Shown: piece after piece, positions 48,355 to 58,250 of the stretch
Position numbering within the stretch: the stretch's first letter is position 1
How the letters are laid out: every line of letters starts with the position of its first letter
Program-made: the position numbers and the translations under genes
Assembly: GCA_049515535.1 (NCBI GenBank)
Contig: JBEKTZ010000015.1
Coordinates: 1-64,000 of the forward strand
Source: Candidatus Aminicenantales bacterium
GTDB taxonomy: Bacteria; Acidobacteriota; Aminicenantia; Aminicenantales; UBA4085
DNA: 64,000 bases
Direction of reading: 5' to 3'
Notes under the pieces: model-generated
The model's input: only the letters and a program-made list of their open reading frames with translations
The model's database searches: none
Told to the model about the DNA's origin: nothing

Positions 48355-50751
48355 ATGCTGAAGTATTTCGACCGCTATATTCTCAAGGAGGTCGTCCCGC
48401 CGTTCTCCATCGGGCTCCTGATCTTCAGCTTCGTTTTTCTCATGGATTGGCTCCTCCGGACGCCCGAGCTTTTTATCGCCAAAGGCGTTTCCCTCGGCGT
48501 CACGCTCAAGCTGCTCATCTATCTCATCCCCGCGATCCTTGCCTTCACCGTGCCGATGTCGGTCCTGATGGGCATTCTCGCCGGGCTGAGCCGGCTCTCC
48601 TCCGATTCCGAGGTCACGGCCTTAAAAACCCTGGGCATCCGGCCTTTCCGCATGCTCCGCCCGCTTCTCGTCTTCGCCCTCGGCGGCTGGATCCTGACCT
48701 CGGTTTTAACCCTTTACCTGGCCCCCTATTTCAACTATCAATGGGACCAGACGCTGGCCGCCGCCGTTCTCAACAAGGCGGAATTGCAGTTCAATGCCCG
48801 TGAATTCAACGAATCCACGGCGAATATGGTCCTGTTCATCGAGGACATCAACCGAGACAAGAGCTGGCGGGACGTCTTTCTCTATTTTACCGATACCGCG
48901 GACGAGCCGCGGGTCGTGTTGGCCCGCCAAGGGCAGATGCACATCTATCCCGACGCGAAACGAGCGGTCCTCGAGCTTTTCGATTCGATCCAGCATTCGG
49001 GCTCTCTCTCCGATCCTGAAAAATATTACCGCGTTGAGTCCTCGGCGCACATCACCCAGGAGCTCGAAGCCGAGAATCTTTTCCCCTCCTATTCGCCGGA
49101 AAAGCGGGTGCGGATGAAAAACATCCGGGAACTTGGGCAGGGGCTGAGGGCCGTCGAGGCCCGGCGTCCGCTTTTGGACCTCGACAAGCGGGACGTCGAG
49201 CGACGCCGGCTCAAAAAAGACGATTTCCAGAGCATCGAAAACGCCGCGGCCATCGCCCAATCGGAGCACGACCGGCGGGCCTATCAGGTGGAAATCCAGA
49301 AGAAGTACGCGCTGCCCTTCGCCTGTTGGATCTTCGTTTTCCTCGGCCTGCCGTTGGGGAGCTCGACGAAGAAGGGCGGGCGGACGAGCGGCTTCACCCT
49401 CAGCATCGTCATCATCCTCGTCTATTATATTCTCATCACCGCCGGGGAGAAGACGGCCATGGACGGCCGCATCTCGCCCTTCATGGGGATCTGGGGCGGG
49501 AATATCCTCTTCGGGCTATTCAGCCTTTTTCTTTTTTCGAGATCCGCCCGCGATCTTACGGCCTTCGCTTCCGTCCTGTCCTTCGCCCGCCGGTTCCGCC
49601 GCGCGGAAGCGGCGGCGCCCTCCGACGCCGCCGGGGGGCGGCGCGGACCGCGGCTCTCCCTGCCTTTTCCGAACATCCTGGACCGCTATCTCATCAGGCG
49701 CTATCTCTTCATCGGCGTTCTGATCTTCGCCGGCCTCATTTCCATCTTTGTTATCGTCACTCTGTTCGACCGGATCGGAAATATCTATGAGCATCACAAG
49801 CCGCTCTCCATGCTTTTAACCTATATTCGATACCGGATCCCCGAATTCATCCATTACAGCCTGCCCGTGACGGCCTTGATGTCCGTCCTCCTGACCCTCG
49901 GCCTGTTCACAAAATCCAACGAGATCACGGCGATGAAAGCCTGCGGGATCAGCGTCTACCGGGTGGTGGCGCCCTTGATCGTGCTGGCCGTGTTCGTCGG
50001 CGGGATGGCCTTTCACATCCAGGAGAACATTTTACCGCGATCCAACAAGAAAGCGGAGGAGATGTGGAACAGGATCAATGACGTGACGCCGCGGACCTAC
50101 AGCTATGAGAACCGCCGCTGGGTTCTCAGCAAGAACGGGGACCGGTTTTACCATTACAGCTATTTCGATCCGAAGACCTCGACGTTCAACCGGCTCTCGA
50201 TCTTCGACCTCGACTTCACCCGCTGGGCGATCACGCGCCGGGTTTTCGCGGAGAAGGCCGTCTTGAAAGGCCCAAGCCTGCACTTGGAAAACGGCTGGAT
50301 CCGGGAATTCGCCGGGGACAAGCAGGTGAAATTCGAGAAGCAAACGGCCGCGGACCTGCCGCTCGCGGAAGGCGAGAGCCTTTTCTTGCAGGAAAGCAGG
50401 GAACCGGCGCAGATGACCTACGGAGAGCTGCGGCGGCACATTCAAGACGTTGGGAACATGGGATTCGACACCACCCACTTCCGCGTCGACCTGGGCGCGA
50501 AAATATCGTTCCCCTTCGTCGCCCTGATCATGACCCTCCTCGGCATTCCCTTCGCTTTTTCCATGGGAAAGCGCGGCGCTCTCGTCGGCATCGGGATCGG
50601 CCTGGCCGTCTCGATCGTTTATTGGGTGACCATCGGGATTTTTCTGAGTCTCGGTTACGTGAGTTTTCTCAATGCGTTTCTCGCGGCCTGGGGCCCGAAT
50701 TTGATCTTCGGCCTGATCGGTCTGTCCCTGCTCTTCCGGCTGCGAACCTAG
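48355..50751 (+). CDS. lptF/lptG: Fused LptF-LptG LPS export permease
   Basis: Two YjgP/YjgQ-type halves (FDRYIL...SE..A...G; LDRYL...NEITAMKACG...AAWGPN). Confidence 0.9.
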   Translation: MLKYFDRYILKEVVPPFSIGLLIFSFVFLMDWLLRTPELFIAKGVSLGVTLKLLIYLIPAILAFTVPMSVLMGILAGLSRLSSDSEVTALKTLGIRPFRMLRPLLVFALGGWILTSVLTLYLAPYFNYQWDQTLAAAVLNKAELQFNAREFNESTANMVLFIEDINRDKSWRDVFLYFTDTADEPRVVLARQGQMHIYPDAKRAVLELFDSIQHSGSLSDPEKYYRVESSAHITQELEAENLFPSYSPEKRVRMKNIRELGQGLRAVEARRPLLDLDKRDVERRRLKKDDFQSIENAAAIAQSEHDRRAYQVEIQKKYALPFACWIFVFLGLPLGSSTKKGGRTSGFTLSIVIILVYYILITAGEKTAMDGRISPFMGIWGGNILFGLFSLFLFSRSARDLTAFASVLSFARRFRRAEAAAPSDAAGGRRGPRLSLPFPNILDRYLIRRYLFIGVLIFAGLISIFVIVTLFDRIGNIYEHHKPLSMLLTYIRYRIPEFIHYSLPVTALMSVLLTLGLFTKSNEITAMKACGISVYRVVAPLIVLAVFVGGMAFHIQENILPRSNKKAEEMWNRINDVTPRTYSYENRRWVLSKNGDRFYHYSYFDPKTSTFNRLSIFDLDFTRWAITRRVFAEKAVLKGPSLHLENGWIREFAGDKQVKFEKQTAADLPLAEGESLFLQESREPAQMTYGELRRHIQDVGNMGFDTTHFRVDLGAKISFPFVALIMTLLGIPFAFSMGKRGALVGIGIGLAVSIVYWVTIGIFLSLGYVSFLNAFLAAWGPNLIFGLIGLSLLFRLRT

Positions 50752-50800
50752 GAACAAACGTTAAGATTTCCGCGAGGAGCGAGATTCTTCCCCGAGCCCC

Positions 50801-51286
50801 CTACATTTTGTATTTCCCGAAATCCTCGGGCTTCAGCGTCTCCAGCCACTTCTTCAGGTTCTCCGAGGTCTCGAGGTTGTCTTCGAACTTGAGGCCGTGG
50901 GCTTTCTTCACCACATTTTCGTCGACGAAAATGGGGGAATGCGTCCGGAGAGCGAGGGCGATGGCGTCGGACGGCCGGGAATCGATGACGATCTCCTGGT
51001 CCCGGCGGCGGCAGTGGATGGACGCATAGAACGTGTTGTCCCGGACGTCCGTGACGACGATCCGGTCCACGGCGATGTCGAAGTGCGACAGGACGCTCTT
51101 CAGAAGATCATGCGTCATGGGGCGGGGCGTCGGAATATTTTCGATGGTCAGGGCGATGGCATTGGCTTCGAAGACGCCGATCCAGATCGGGAGGAGCCGG
51201 TCGCTCTGAACGCTTTCCAGGACGATGATCGGCATTTTGGAAATGGGATCCACCACCAGTCCCTTGATTTTCATTTCGATTTCCAT
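50801..51286 (-). CDS. Bifunctional nuclease domain protein (DUF151)
   Basis: LPIWIG..EA.AI, RPMTHDL, DSRPSDAIALA. Confidence 0.93.
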   Translation of the reverse strand: MEIEMKIKGLVVDPISKMPIIVLESVQSDRLLPIWIGVFEANAIALTIENIPTPRPMTHDLLKSVLSHFDIAVDRIVVTDVRDNTFYASIHCRRRDQEIVIDSRPSDAIALALRTHSPIFVDENVVKKAHGLKFEDNLETSENLKKWLETLKPEDFGKYKM

Positions 51287-51314
51287 CGCGGTGCTCCTTC
51301 CTGCCTAAGCCATC

Positions 51315-51343
51315 AATATAAATTCCCATAACCACATTGTCAA
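51315..51343 (-). promoter_or_regulatory. sigma70 promoter for the DUF151 gene
   Basis: TTGACA-N17-TATATT. Confidence 0.6.
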
Positions 51344-51462
51344 GGAAACGGAACAGGAAACGAAAAATCCATTATATTGGAAATAATTCAAATATTTGGA
51401 TTACATGTCTTGAAATTCAAAGTTATTATGCTGATAACAAACAAATTATATTCATTTTTATC

Positions 51463-51479
51463 TTGGCATGATTTTTGCG
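51463..51479 (+). promoter_or_regulatory. sigma54 (-24/-12) promoter for the TonB receptor
   Basis: TTGGCATGATTTTTGCG (GG-N10-GC) downstream of an AT-rich tract. Confidence 0.75.
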
Positions 51480-51658
51480 TATATCTAGATGAATAGGCAA
51501 GGTAAAAGTATGTTTAAGGAGGTGAGAATCGAGATAAACGGTTCGTTTTTTTTGATGTCCGGAGCGAAGCCCGAACGTTCTTCGCCCCAAGGTTTTGGTT
51601 TTTTTATTCCCAATGCGTCTCCGTTTGAGATGTGAGGGAAAAGGAGAAATACGCGAGA

Positions 51659-54600
51659 ATGAACAGATTCAAAAAAAGCATTTTCTTTATGCTTGTCGTA
51701 GCCATGGCGTTCTCCTATGTTTCCGCGCAGCAGGCGACCGGACGGCTGACCGGCAAGGTCACCGACGAACAGGGCGCGCCTCTCCCCGGCGTCACCGTCG
51801 AGGCGACGAGCCCGAGGATGCCCGGCAAAGCGGCCTCCGTGACGGACGAAATGGGCATTTACCGCCTCTTTTCGCTCCCCGGCGGCCTCTACACCGTCGT
51901 CTTCAAGCTGCCCGGATTCAAGGATAAAATCCGCAAGGAAATCGTCGTTCAGGCCCAGGAAACCGTGAACCTGAATGAAACCCTGACCCAGAGCGCCATT
52001 GCCGAAGAAGTCACGGTTATCGGGCAGAGCCCGTTGATCGATGTCAAGAGCACGGTCAAGGGCGGCACGATGACCAAGGACATCTTCATGCAACTGCCCC
52101 GGAGCAGAAACTTCGACGGCCTGTTGAGCACCGTCCCCGGCGTCCAGTATGACGGCAACACCGGCGGCTTATCGGTCGACGGCTCCACCGGCATCGAAAA
52201 CATGTGGTACATGGACGGCGCCGACATCACCGACCCCCACCGCGGCGGGAGAGCCCAGGGCGCGGTGATGGAATTGGTCGAAGAAGTCAAGGTCACGGCG
52301 TCCGGATACACCGCTGAGTTCGCCGGCGGGATGGGCGGGGTCATCAACGTCATCACCCGGTCGGGCGGCAACGAATTCCACGGCGACGTGTACGGCTATT
52401 ACAACAACAACAAGACGTACATGTCGGGCAAGACCAATACGTTCCTCCGAATGAATCCCTATATAGGAAACGCTCAGCTCTACACATACGAGGACAACGA
52501 CGATCTCTATTTCAACGGCGGATCCAACCGGGATGCCGTAGACCGCATGGAAGGCGTTTTCAACCTCGGCGGCTTCATTTTCAAGGACAAGGTCTGGTTC
52601 TTCGGCTCCTTTAACCCGATTTACCAGAGCCAGGACGCGCAGCGGTGGTTCTTGAGCGATCCCGCGGGCAATGCGGCCGACGACTGGACGAAAGATAAAA
52701 TCCGCCAGGGCCGCCCCTTGACGACCTTCAATGTGAAAAACTATAACTTCAACGCTCAGATCAAATTGACGGCGGCTCCGATCGCCGGAATGCGGATTTC
52801 GGCCAGCTTCGTCGACAACTTCTCCAAGTACAGGGGCGCCGTTCCGGCCGTCACCGGCTCGGGCAACATTCTCTATAACTATGCCAAGGAGGGACTTGAT
52901 TATCCCGACATGAGCGCGGCCGTCAACGTGGACTACAGCGTCAGCAACAACCTGCTGGTGAGCCTCCGCGGCGGCTGGGCTATGTCGAATACCAACAACC
53001 AGCAGCTCACCAACCCGACCTCGATCTACACATTCGCCCGGGCCAACACCTCATATGCCGATATTCCGGACGCGTATAAACATATCATCAACTATACCAA
53101 CTGGCCCGGAACTTGGGCGACTTTTAACAAGGCCATTTACGGAAAGATGAGCGCCAACCTGGACATCACCTACTATATGAACCTGGCCGGCGAACACGCC
53201 TTCAAGTTCGGCGCCCAATTGACCCGCCCCTTCGAGAACCTCGACGAGGTCGCTGCGCATCCCCGGATCACCCTGAACTGGACGCAGAGCTACGCCGGCT
53301 TGGCCACGGGTGAACTCGTAAAGGGCACATACGGCTACTACCAGGTCCGCGGCGGGTTCACGTCTCCCTACGGCTACTACTGGGACATCCACGCCAACGA
53401 CTGGGCCATCTACCTCCAGGATTCCTGGACGATCGGCCAGCGCCTGACCCTGAACCTCGGCATCCGGGACGAATACGAGTACATTCCCTCGTTCTCCAAC
53501 GATCCCCAGTATTCGAGCGTCATCCCCCTGAAGTTCAACTTCAGCCAGAAGATCGCTCCCCGTTTGGGCGTCGTCTATGACGTCTTCGGCGATTCGAGCC
53601 TCAAGGTTTTCGGCAGCTTCGGCATTTACTACGACGTCATGAAGCTGTATATCGCTGAAGGCGCCTACGGCGGATTCAAGTGGAAAACCGACTACTACGA
53701 GCTCAACAACTACGACTGGACGCTGATCGCGGCCAGCGGCAAGATCGATGACGCGTACAGCCAATCGGCGAACGGAACCAACCGCTACGTCGGCACGATG
53801 GACTGGCGCATTCCTTCGTGGGACTCGACCGACCCCGCTCTGAAACCCGTGGCCCAGCGCGAGATCTCCTTCGGCGCGGAAAAGAAGCTGATGGAAGATC
53901 TGTCCCTGTCCGTCCGCTTGATCCAGAAGCACCTGATCCGGACCATTGAAGACGTCGGCGTCGAAACACCGGCCGGAGAATCGTATTACACCTGCAACCC
54001 GGGATTCGGCTATTCGCTGCCGGTTTCCCAGGGCGGACAATTCAGCGACTTCTACTGGCCGACGCCCCATGCCAAGAGAGAATACTACGGCCTGAACGTC
54101 TCGTTGGAAAAACGGTTCAGCAACAACTGGCAGGGCGGCTTCAACTACACCTTGAGCCGCACCGCGGGCAACTACGGCGGCTTGGCCAGCACCGACGAGG
54201 GCGGCCGTCTCGGCCCCAACACGGAACGTTATTTCGACCTCTGGTTCATGTCCTATCAGATGAACGGAACCCCGCTCGACGGCCCGCTGCCGCAAGACAG
54301 AACCCATTATTTCAAGGCCTACGGCTCCTATGCTTTCCCGTTCGGTCTGACTGTGGGCGTGGTCGGATACGGCCGCAGCGGACAGCCGATATCGACCTGG
54401 CTGAATATCAATAACACCTACCAGTATCCCAACGGTTATGGCGATCTGGGCCGCATGCCCTTTGCCGTTTGGGCCGACCTCTACCTCGAATACACGCTGA
54501 GAGTCGCCAAGAAATACAACATCGGAATCAACCTCACCATCACCAACGTCACCAACACCAAGACCTGGCAGACCGTTAATGAACAGGTTAACCGAGTCAC

Positions 54601-54748
54601 GATGGCCGTCAGCGACGCGGAGATCAAATCCACGACGTTCGACTACACAACAAGACTCGCCTCGGTCGATCCCGACCCGTCCTTCAAGATGTACACCGCA
54701 CAAATGGGGACATGGACGGCTCGGCTCGGCCTCCGGTTCTCGTTCTAA
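51659..54748 (+). CDS. Oar-like TonB-dependent receptor with N-terminal carboxypeptidase regulatory-like domain
   Basis: Signal peptide, G.VTD..GA.LPGVTV, GGVINVITRSG.N..HG, YLQDSW....LTLNLG.R, C-terminal LRFSF. Confidence 0.92.
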   Translation: MNRFKKSIFFMLVVAMAFSYVSAQQATGRLTGKVTDEQGAPLPGVTVEATSPRMPGKAASVTDEMGIYRLFSLPGGLYTVVFKLPGFKDKIRKEIVVQAQETVNLNETLTQSAIAEEVTVIGQSPLIDVKSTVKGGTMTKDIFMQLPRSRNFDGLLSTVPGVQYDGNTGGLSVDGSTGIENMWYMDGADITDPHRGGRAQGAVMELVEEVKVTASGYTAEFAGGMGGVINVITRSGGNEFHGDVYGYYNNNKTYMSGKTNTFLRMNPYIGNAQLYTYEDNDDLYFNGGSNRDAVDRMEGVFNLGGFIFKDKVWFFGSFNPIYQSQDAQRWFLSDPAGNAADDWTKDKIRQGRPLTTFNVKNYNFNAQIKLTAAPIAGMRISASFVDNFSKYRGAVPAVTGSGNILYNYAKEGLDYPDMSAAVNVDYSVSNNLLVSLRGGWAMSNTNNQQLTNPTSIYTFARANTSYADIPDAYKHIINYTNWPGTWATFNKAIYGKMSANLDITYYMNLAGEHAFKFGAQLTRPFENLDEVAAHPRITLNWTQSYAGLATGELVKGTYGYYQVRGGFTSPYGYYWDIHANDWAIYLQDSWTIGQRLTLNLGIRDEYEYIPSFSNDPQYSSVIPLKFNFSQKIAPRLGVVYDVFGDSSLKVFGSFGIYYDVMKLYIAEGAYGGFKWKTDYYELNNYDWTLIAASGKIDDAYSQSANGTNRYVGTMDWRIPSWDSTDPALKPVAQREISFGAEKKLMEDLSLSVRLIQKHLIRTIEDVGVETPAGESYYTCNPGFGYSLPVSQGGQFSDFYWPTPHAKREYYGLNVSLEKRFSNNWQGGFNYTLSRTAGNYGGLASTDEGGRLGPNTERYFDLWFMSYQMNGTPLDGPLPQDRTHYFKAYGSYAFPFGLTVGVVGYGRSGQPISTWLNINNTYQYPNGYGDLGRMPFAVWADLYLEYTLRVAKKYNIGINLTITNVTNTKTWQTVNEQVNRVTMAVSDAEIKSTTFDYTTRLASVDPDPSFKMYTAQMGTWTARLGLRFSF

Positions 54749-54788
54749 CGCAGGAGTTCAAGCAGAAGCACGTATCGCAGACTGATAC

Positions 54789-54827
54789 AAAGGCCCGGTC
54801 CCCTCGCGGGGGCCGGGCTTTTTTTTT
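54789..54827 (+). terminator. Intrinsic terminator
   Basis: gcccggtccc...gggccgggc followed by T9. Confidence 0.85.
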
Positions 54828-54950
54828 GGCGGGAGAGCATTGGGCCTGATCAGCGACAGGCCCCGCACCCAGCAATAACATTCCGATAGGGAGTGAAACT
54901 CTTTATCCGAGCCGTTATCCGCAGGGGATCGGGATTCTTCTCAGGGAGCC

Positions 54951-57203
54951 CTATTTATTCAAAATCTTCTTCAGATACTCCGCGCCGGCCTGGGCGTTCT
55001 TGACCCGAGCGGGATTCTCCCCTCTCGTATCTTCAAGATAAAGCTCCAAATAGCGGAGGGCCTCCGGGGCGTCCCCTTTTTCCTTGAAGGCCATGGCCAG
55101 GAAATAATAGGCGGGCGGCGAAGGTTTGATATAGGTCGCTTCTTTTAAATTATCGATGGCTTTGTCGTAGTCCTTGAGTATCGAGTAGGTGATGCCCAGC
55201 AGCTGGTAGGGCAGCGGGTCTTTTGGATAATCCTTTTTCAGGCGCGTGTAGATGTCGACCGTATCGGCGACCCGGCCGGTCGCGGCCAGATTTTGGGCAT
55301 AGCTCATCCGCAGGAATTTATTTTCCGGCTCGATGGCGAGAGCGCGCTCGAAATAGCCCTGGGCCTCTTCTTTCTTTCCCATGTCGTCGAGAATCACCGA
55401 CGTCGCTGTGAGCGCGTCCATGGAGCGGGGATTGATCTTCAAGACATCAGCCATCACGGCCAGGGCTTCCCCCGTGCGGTCCGTCACCAGATACGTATAG
55501 CCCAGCCGCGTCTGAAGGATTTCCGAATGGGGGATTCTCTCGATTCCCTTTTTGAGGGTTTGGATGGCCTCCTCGAATTTCTTCAGGCGCGCCAGGGCGA
55601 GGGCCAGGTTGATGTAGCTCGAGGCCGCCCCCGGCCGGAGGGCGAGCATTTTCTCGTGGAGGTCGGCCGCGTCCTGGTAACGACTCTCGAACTCGAATTT
55701 TTCGGCGTCCTGAATCATCTTCAGCTCGGCCGTCTTGTCCTTCGGGTCCGCTCCTTGGCCCTTGGCCGTCGCGTCCGAATAATCCACGTAGCCGAGCGAG
55801 CGGAGCCGCGCTTGTTCCTCGGGAGTGAGCGGCTTTTTCGGGTTCGAATCGGGGGATCCGATCAATGGGAAGAACCGGACGAGCTCGTTTTCGAGCTCGG
55901 TCGCGTTCTTTTTGTCCGAGAGAAAGAGATTGACGTTCTCTCCGGGGTCGGCTTTGACGTCGTACAACTCTTCTTTCGGGGCCCGGATATATTTCCGGTC
56001 GCCCGCGACCAGGCCGAAGAGAGGGGCCCAGCCGTAATTTTCCTTGGGGTAATAGGTTTCGAGATAAGATTCGAGATCGGCTTTCTTTTTTTTCAGTATG
56101 TAGGGGACCAGGCTCGTTCCCTGGACGGACTCCGGCCGGGGCAAGCCGAGGATGTCCAGCACGGTCGGCATGATGTCGATCAGCCGGACGCGGGCCGGGA
56201 CGACTCTTTGGGGCGGCAAATGGTTTTCCGCGTAAAAAATCAGCGGCACTTTCATCGTGTTGTCGTAAAGGAAGACGCCGTGGCCGGATTCCCCTTTTTC
56301 GCCGAATCCTTCGCCGTGATCGCCGGCCACGACGACCAGGGTCCGGCCGAGAATATTTTTATCCTTGAGCCGGCGCATGACAAGGCCGATGATGTAGTCC
56401 ATATAGGCGAGCTCGCCGTCATAAGGACTGTCGGCGAACTGCTCCCGGTACGGCGACGGGGGATTGTACGGCAGATGGGGATCGAAGAAATGCAGCCAGC
56501 AGAAAAACGGCCTGTCCTGGAGCTTGTCGAACCACGGCGAAAACACGGCGTAGACCTGCTCGGCTTTGCGCTCGGCGTTCAAGGCCTTGAAAGCCGTGCT
56601 TTCCTGGAAATTATCGTCATAAAGATCGAAGCCCTGGTCCAGGCCGAAGCGCGAATCGACCGAGAACGAGGCGACGAAGGCGGCGGTTTGGAACCCTTTG
56701 TCCTTCAGGATCTTGGCCAGGGTCAATTTATCGGGAGCGAGCGTGTAGGTCCCGTTGTTGTGGACCTGGTGGGCCTGGGGGTACATCCCCGTCATGATCG
56801 AGCAGTGGGACGGAAGCGTGAGCGGCGCCGGGGCGTAGGTGTTGGCGAACCGGATCCCGTTCTGGGCGAGGGCGTCGAGGTTCGGCGTCTTCGCTTTGGC
56901 ATATCCGTAGCAGCCGAGTCGGTCGGCCCGCGTGGTGTCGAGGGTGATGAGCAGGACGTTCAGCTTATCGTCCCGGACGATGGAATTTTTCGCGGGGCGG
57001 AGAAGAAAGGCCCAAATTCCGGCGGCGGCCGCGACGAGGGCGAAGCCAAGGGCCACCCGGATCTTTCGGCGATCCTTGCGAACAGGGCCGGCCGCCTTCG
57101 CCTTTTTGTCTTGATGGCCCGGCCCCCGGGCCGGCTGTTTCTGCGGGACCCGCAGGACGGGGCGCCCTCTTTTCTTGTCGCGGGCCCGTTTTTTATTAGC
57201 CAT
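54951..57203 (-). CDS. Sulfatase-like hydrolase with N-terminal TM anchor and C-terminal TPRs
   Basis: NVLLITLDTTRAD, TLPSH.S..TG, DPH.PY, GDHGE, ELYD...DP.E, LRSLGY, then TPR repeats. Confidence 0.9.
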   Translation of the reverse strand: MANKKRARDKKRGRPVLRVPQKQPARGPGHQDKKAKAAGPVRKDRRKIRVALGFALVAAAAGIWAFLLRPAKNSIVRDDKLNVLLITLDTTRADRLGCYGYAKAKTPNLDALAQNGIRFANTYAPAPLTLPSHCSIMTGMYPQAHQVHNNGTYTLAPDKLTLAKILKDKGFQTAAFVASFSVDSRFGLDQGFDLYDDNFQESTAFKALNAERKAEQVYAVFSPWFDKLQDRPFFCWLHFFDPHLPYNPPSPYREQFADSPYDGELAYMDYIIGLVMRRLKDKNILGRTLVVVAGDHGEGFGEKGESGHGVFLYDNTMKVPLIFYAENHLPPQRVVPARVRLIDIMPTVLDILGLPRPESVQGTSLVPYILKKKKADLESYLETYYPKENYGWAPLFGLVAGDRKYIRAPKEELYDVKADPGENVNLFLSDKKNATELENELVRFFPLIGSPDSNPKKPLTPEEQARLRSLGYVDYSDATAKGQGADPKDKTAELKMIQDAEKFEFESRYQDAADLHEKMLALRPGAASSYINLALALARLKKFEEAIQTLKKGIERIPHSEILQTRLGYTYLVTDRTGEALAVMADVLKINPRSMDALTATSVILDDMGKKEEAQGYFERALAIEPENKFLRMSYAQNLAATGRVADTVDIYTRLKKDYPKDPLPYQLLGITYSILKDYDKAIDNLKEATYIKPSPPAYYFLAMAFKEKGDAPEALRYLELYLEDTRGENPARVKNAQAGAEYLKKILNK

Positions 57204-57223
57204 GCGATGACGTCGTCACCGGA

Positions 57224-58195
57224 TTACTTCTTGATGGTTTTCAAGATATTTCGGGCCAGGGCGGCTCGCTCGCCCTCGGGTTCGAGGGTCAGGAATTTCT
57301 CGAATTTCTCGGCGGCCTTGGCCATATCGCCTTTGTTGAGAAAAACATAGCCCATTTTGAGATAGGAATCGGGCCATTCCGGCTTGATCTGGGAGGCCAG
57401 GTCAAAATAGCGGAGCGCATCATCCATGTTCTGGTTGGAGAAATAGATTTCGCCGACGTTGAAGGCCAGGATCTCGTCCTTGGGGGAGTTTTCGATCGAC
57501 TTCTTGAAGAAATCCTGGGCTTCCTTGAGTTTGTTCTGCTTGAGATAGCAATTGCCGATGCCGGATAAAGCTTTCGCGCTCATCTCCTTGCCCATGGCGG
57601 CGTCCATGGACGCTCCCGTGAGGGCGTCGTTGTAAGCGGCGACGGCTTTCTCGAAATCCCCTTTTTCCCTGTAGCAGTCGCCGATGCTGATCAGGATCTG
57701 GTAAACGCCTGGATTTTTATCGCGGAATTCCTGGAAAACAGCGAGCGCGGAATCGTATTTTTCATCTTTGAAAAGCTGGTTGCCCTGGTCGATAAGCTGA
57801 AGAACGGCTTCGTCCCGGATGCTCCCGCCGCCTGTCGCCTTCTGGGGGACCTGGAGTTCCACGATGATCCTCGGATTGACTTCGAGTTGGCTGACGTAAA
57901 CGTTTTTAGAGAAAGGTGCGAACCCTGTCGCCGTCACCGCCAGTTCAAAGTTTCCCGTGCCCAGGCCGATAAACGACCATTCGCCCTTTTTATTCGAGGT
58001 CGAATCGAATTTCAGATTTTCGTTTTGAGAGAAGGCAAGGGTGAGCTTGGCTCCTTCTATGAGTTTTCCTTGCGCGTCCTTGACGACGCCGCCGATGCGG
58101 CCGGTGCCCCGGCCGGCTTGAGAGAATGCCGCGCTTGTTGACAAAAGAACGGCGATAGCCAGTAAACATAATGTTTTTAATGCGTTAGCCTTCAT
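57224..58195 (-). CDS. Exported carboxypeptidase-regulatory-like domain plus TPR protein
   Basis: Signal peptide, GRIGGVVKD..GK.I.GA, TPR repeats; GGAGG RBS. Confidence 0.85.
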   Translation of the reverse strand: MKANALKTLCLLAIAVLLSTSAAFSQAGRGTGRIGGVVKDAQGKLIEGAKLTLAFSQNENLKFDSTSNKKGEWSFIGLGTGNFELAVTATGFAPFSKNVYVSQLEVNPRIIVELQVPQKATGGGSIRDEAVLQLIDQGNQLFKDEKYDSALAVFQEFRDKNPGVYQILISIGDCYREKGDFEKAVAAYNDALTGASMDAAMGKEMSAKALSGIGNCYLKQNKLKEAQDFFKKSIENSPKDEILAFNVGEIYFSNQNMDDALRYFDLASQIKPEWPDSYLKMGYVFLNKGDMAKAAEKFEKFLTLEPEGERAALARNILKTIKK

Positions 58196-58215
58196 GTTGG
58201 CCTCCATATATTTTT

Positions 58216-58235
58216 ACGCAATCTTCATGCCAAGA
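58216..58235 (-). promoter_or_regulatory. sigma54 promoter for the TPR/sulfatase genes
   Basis: TCTTGGCATGAAGATTGCGT (GG-N10-GC). Confidence 0.72.
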
Positions 58236-58250
58236 TAATCCGGCTGCCAT

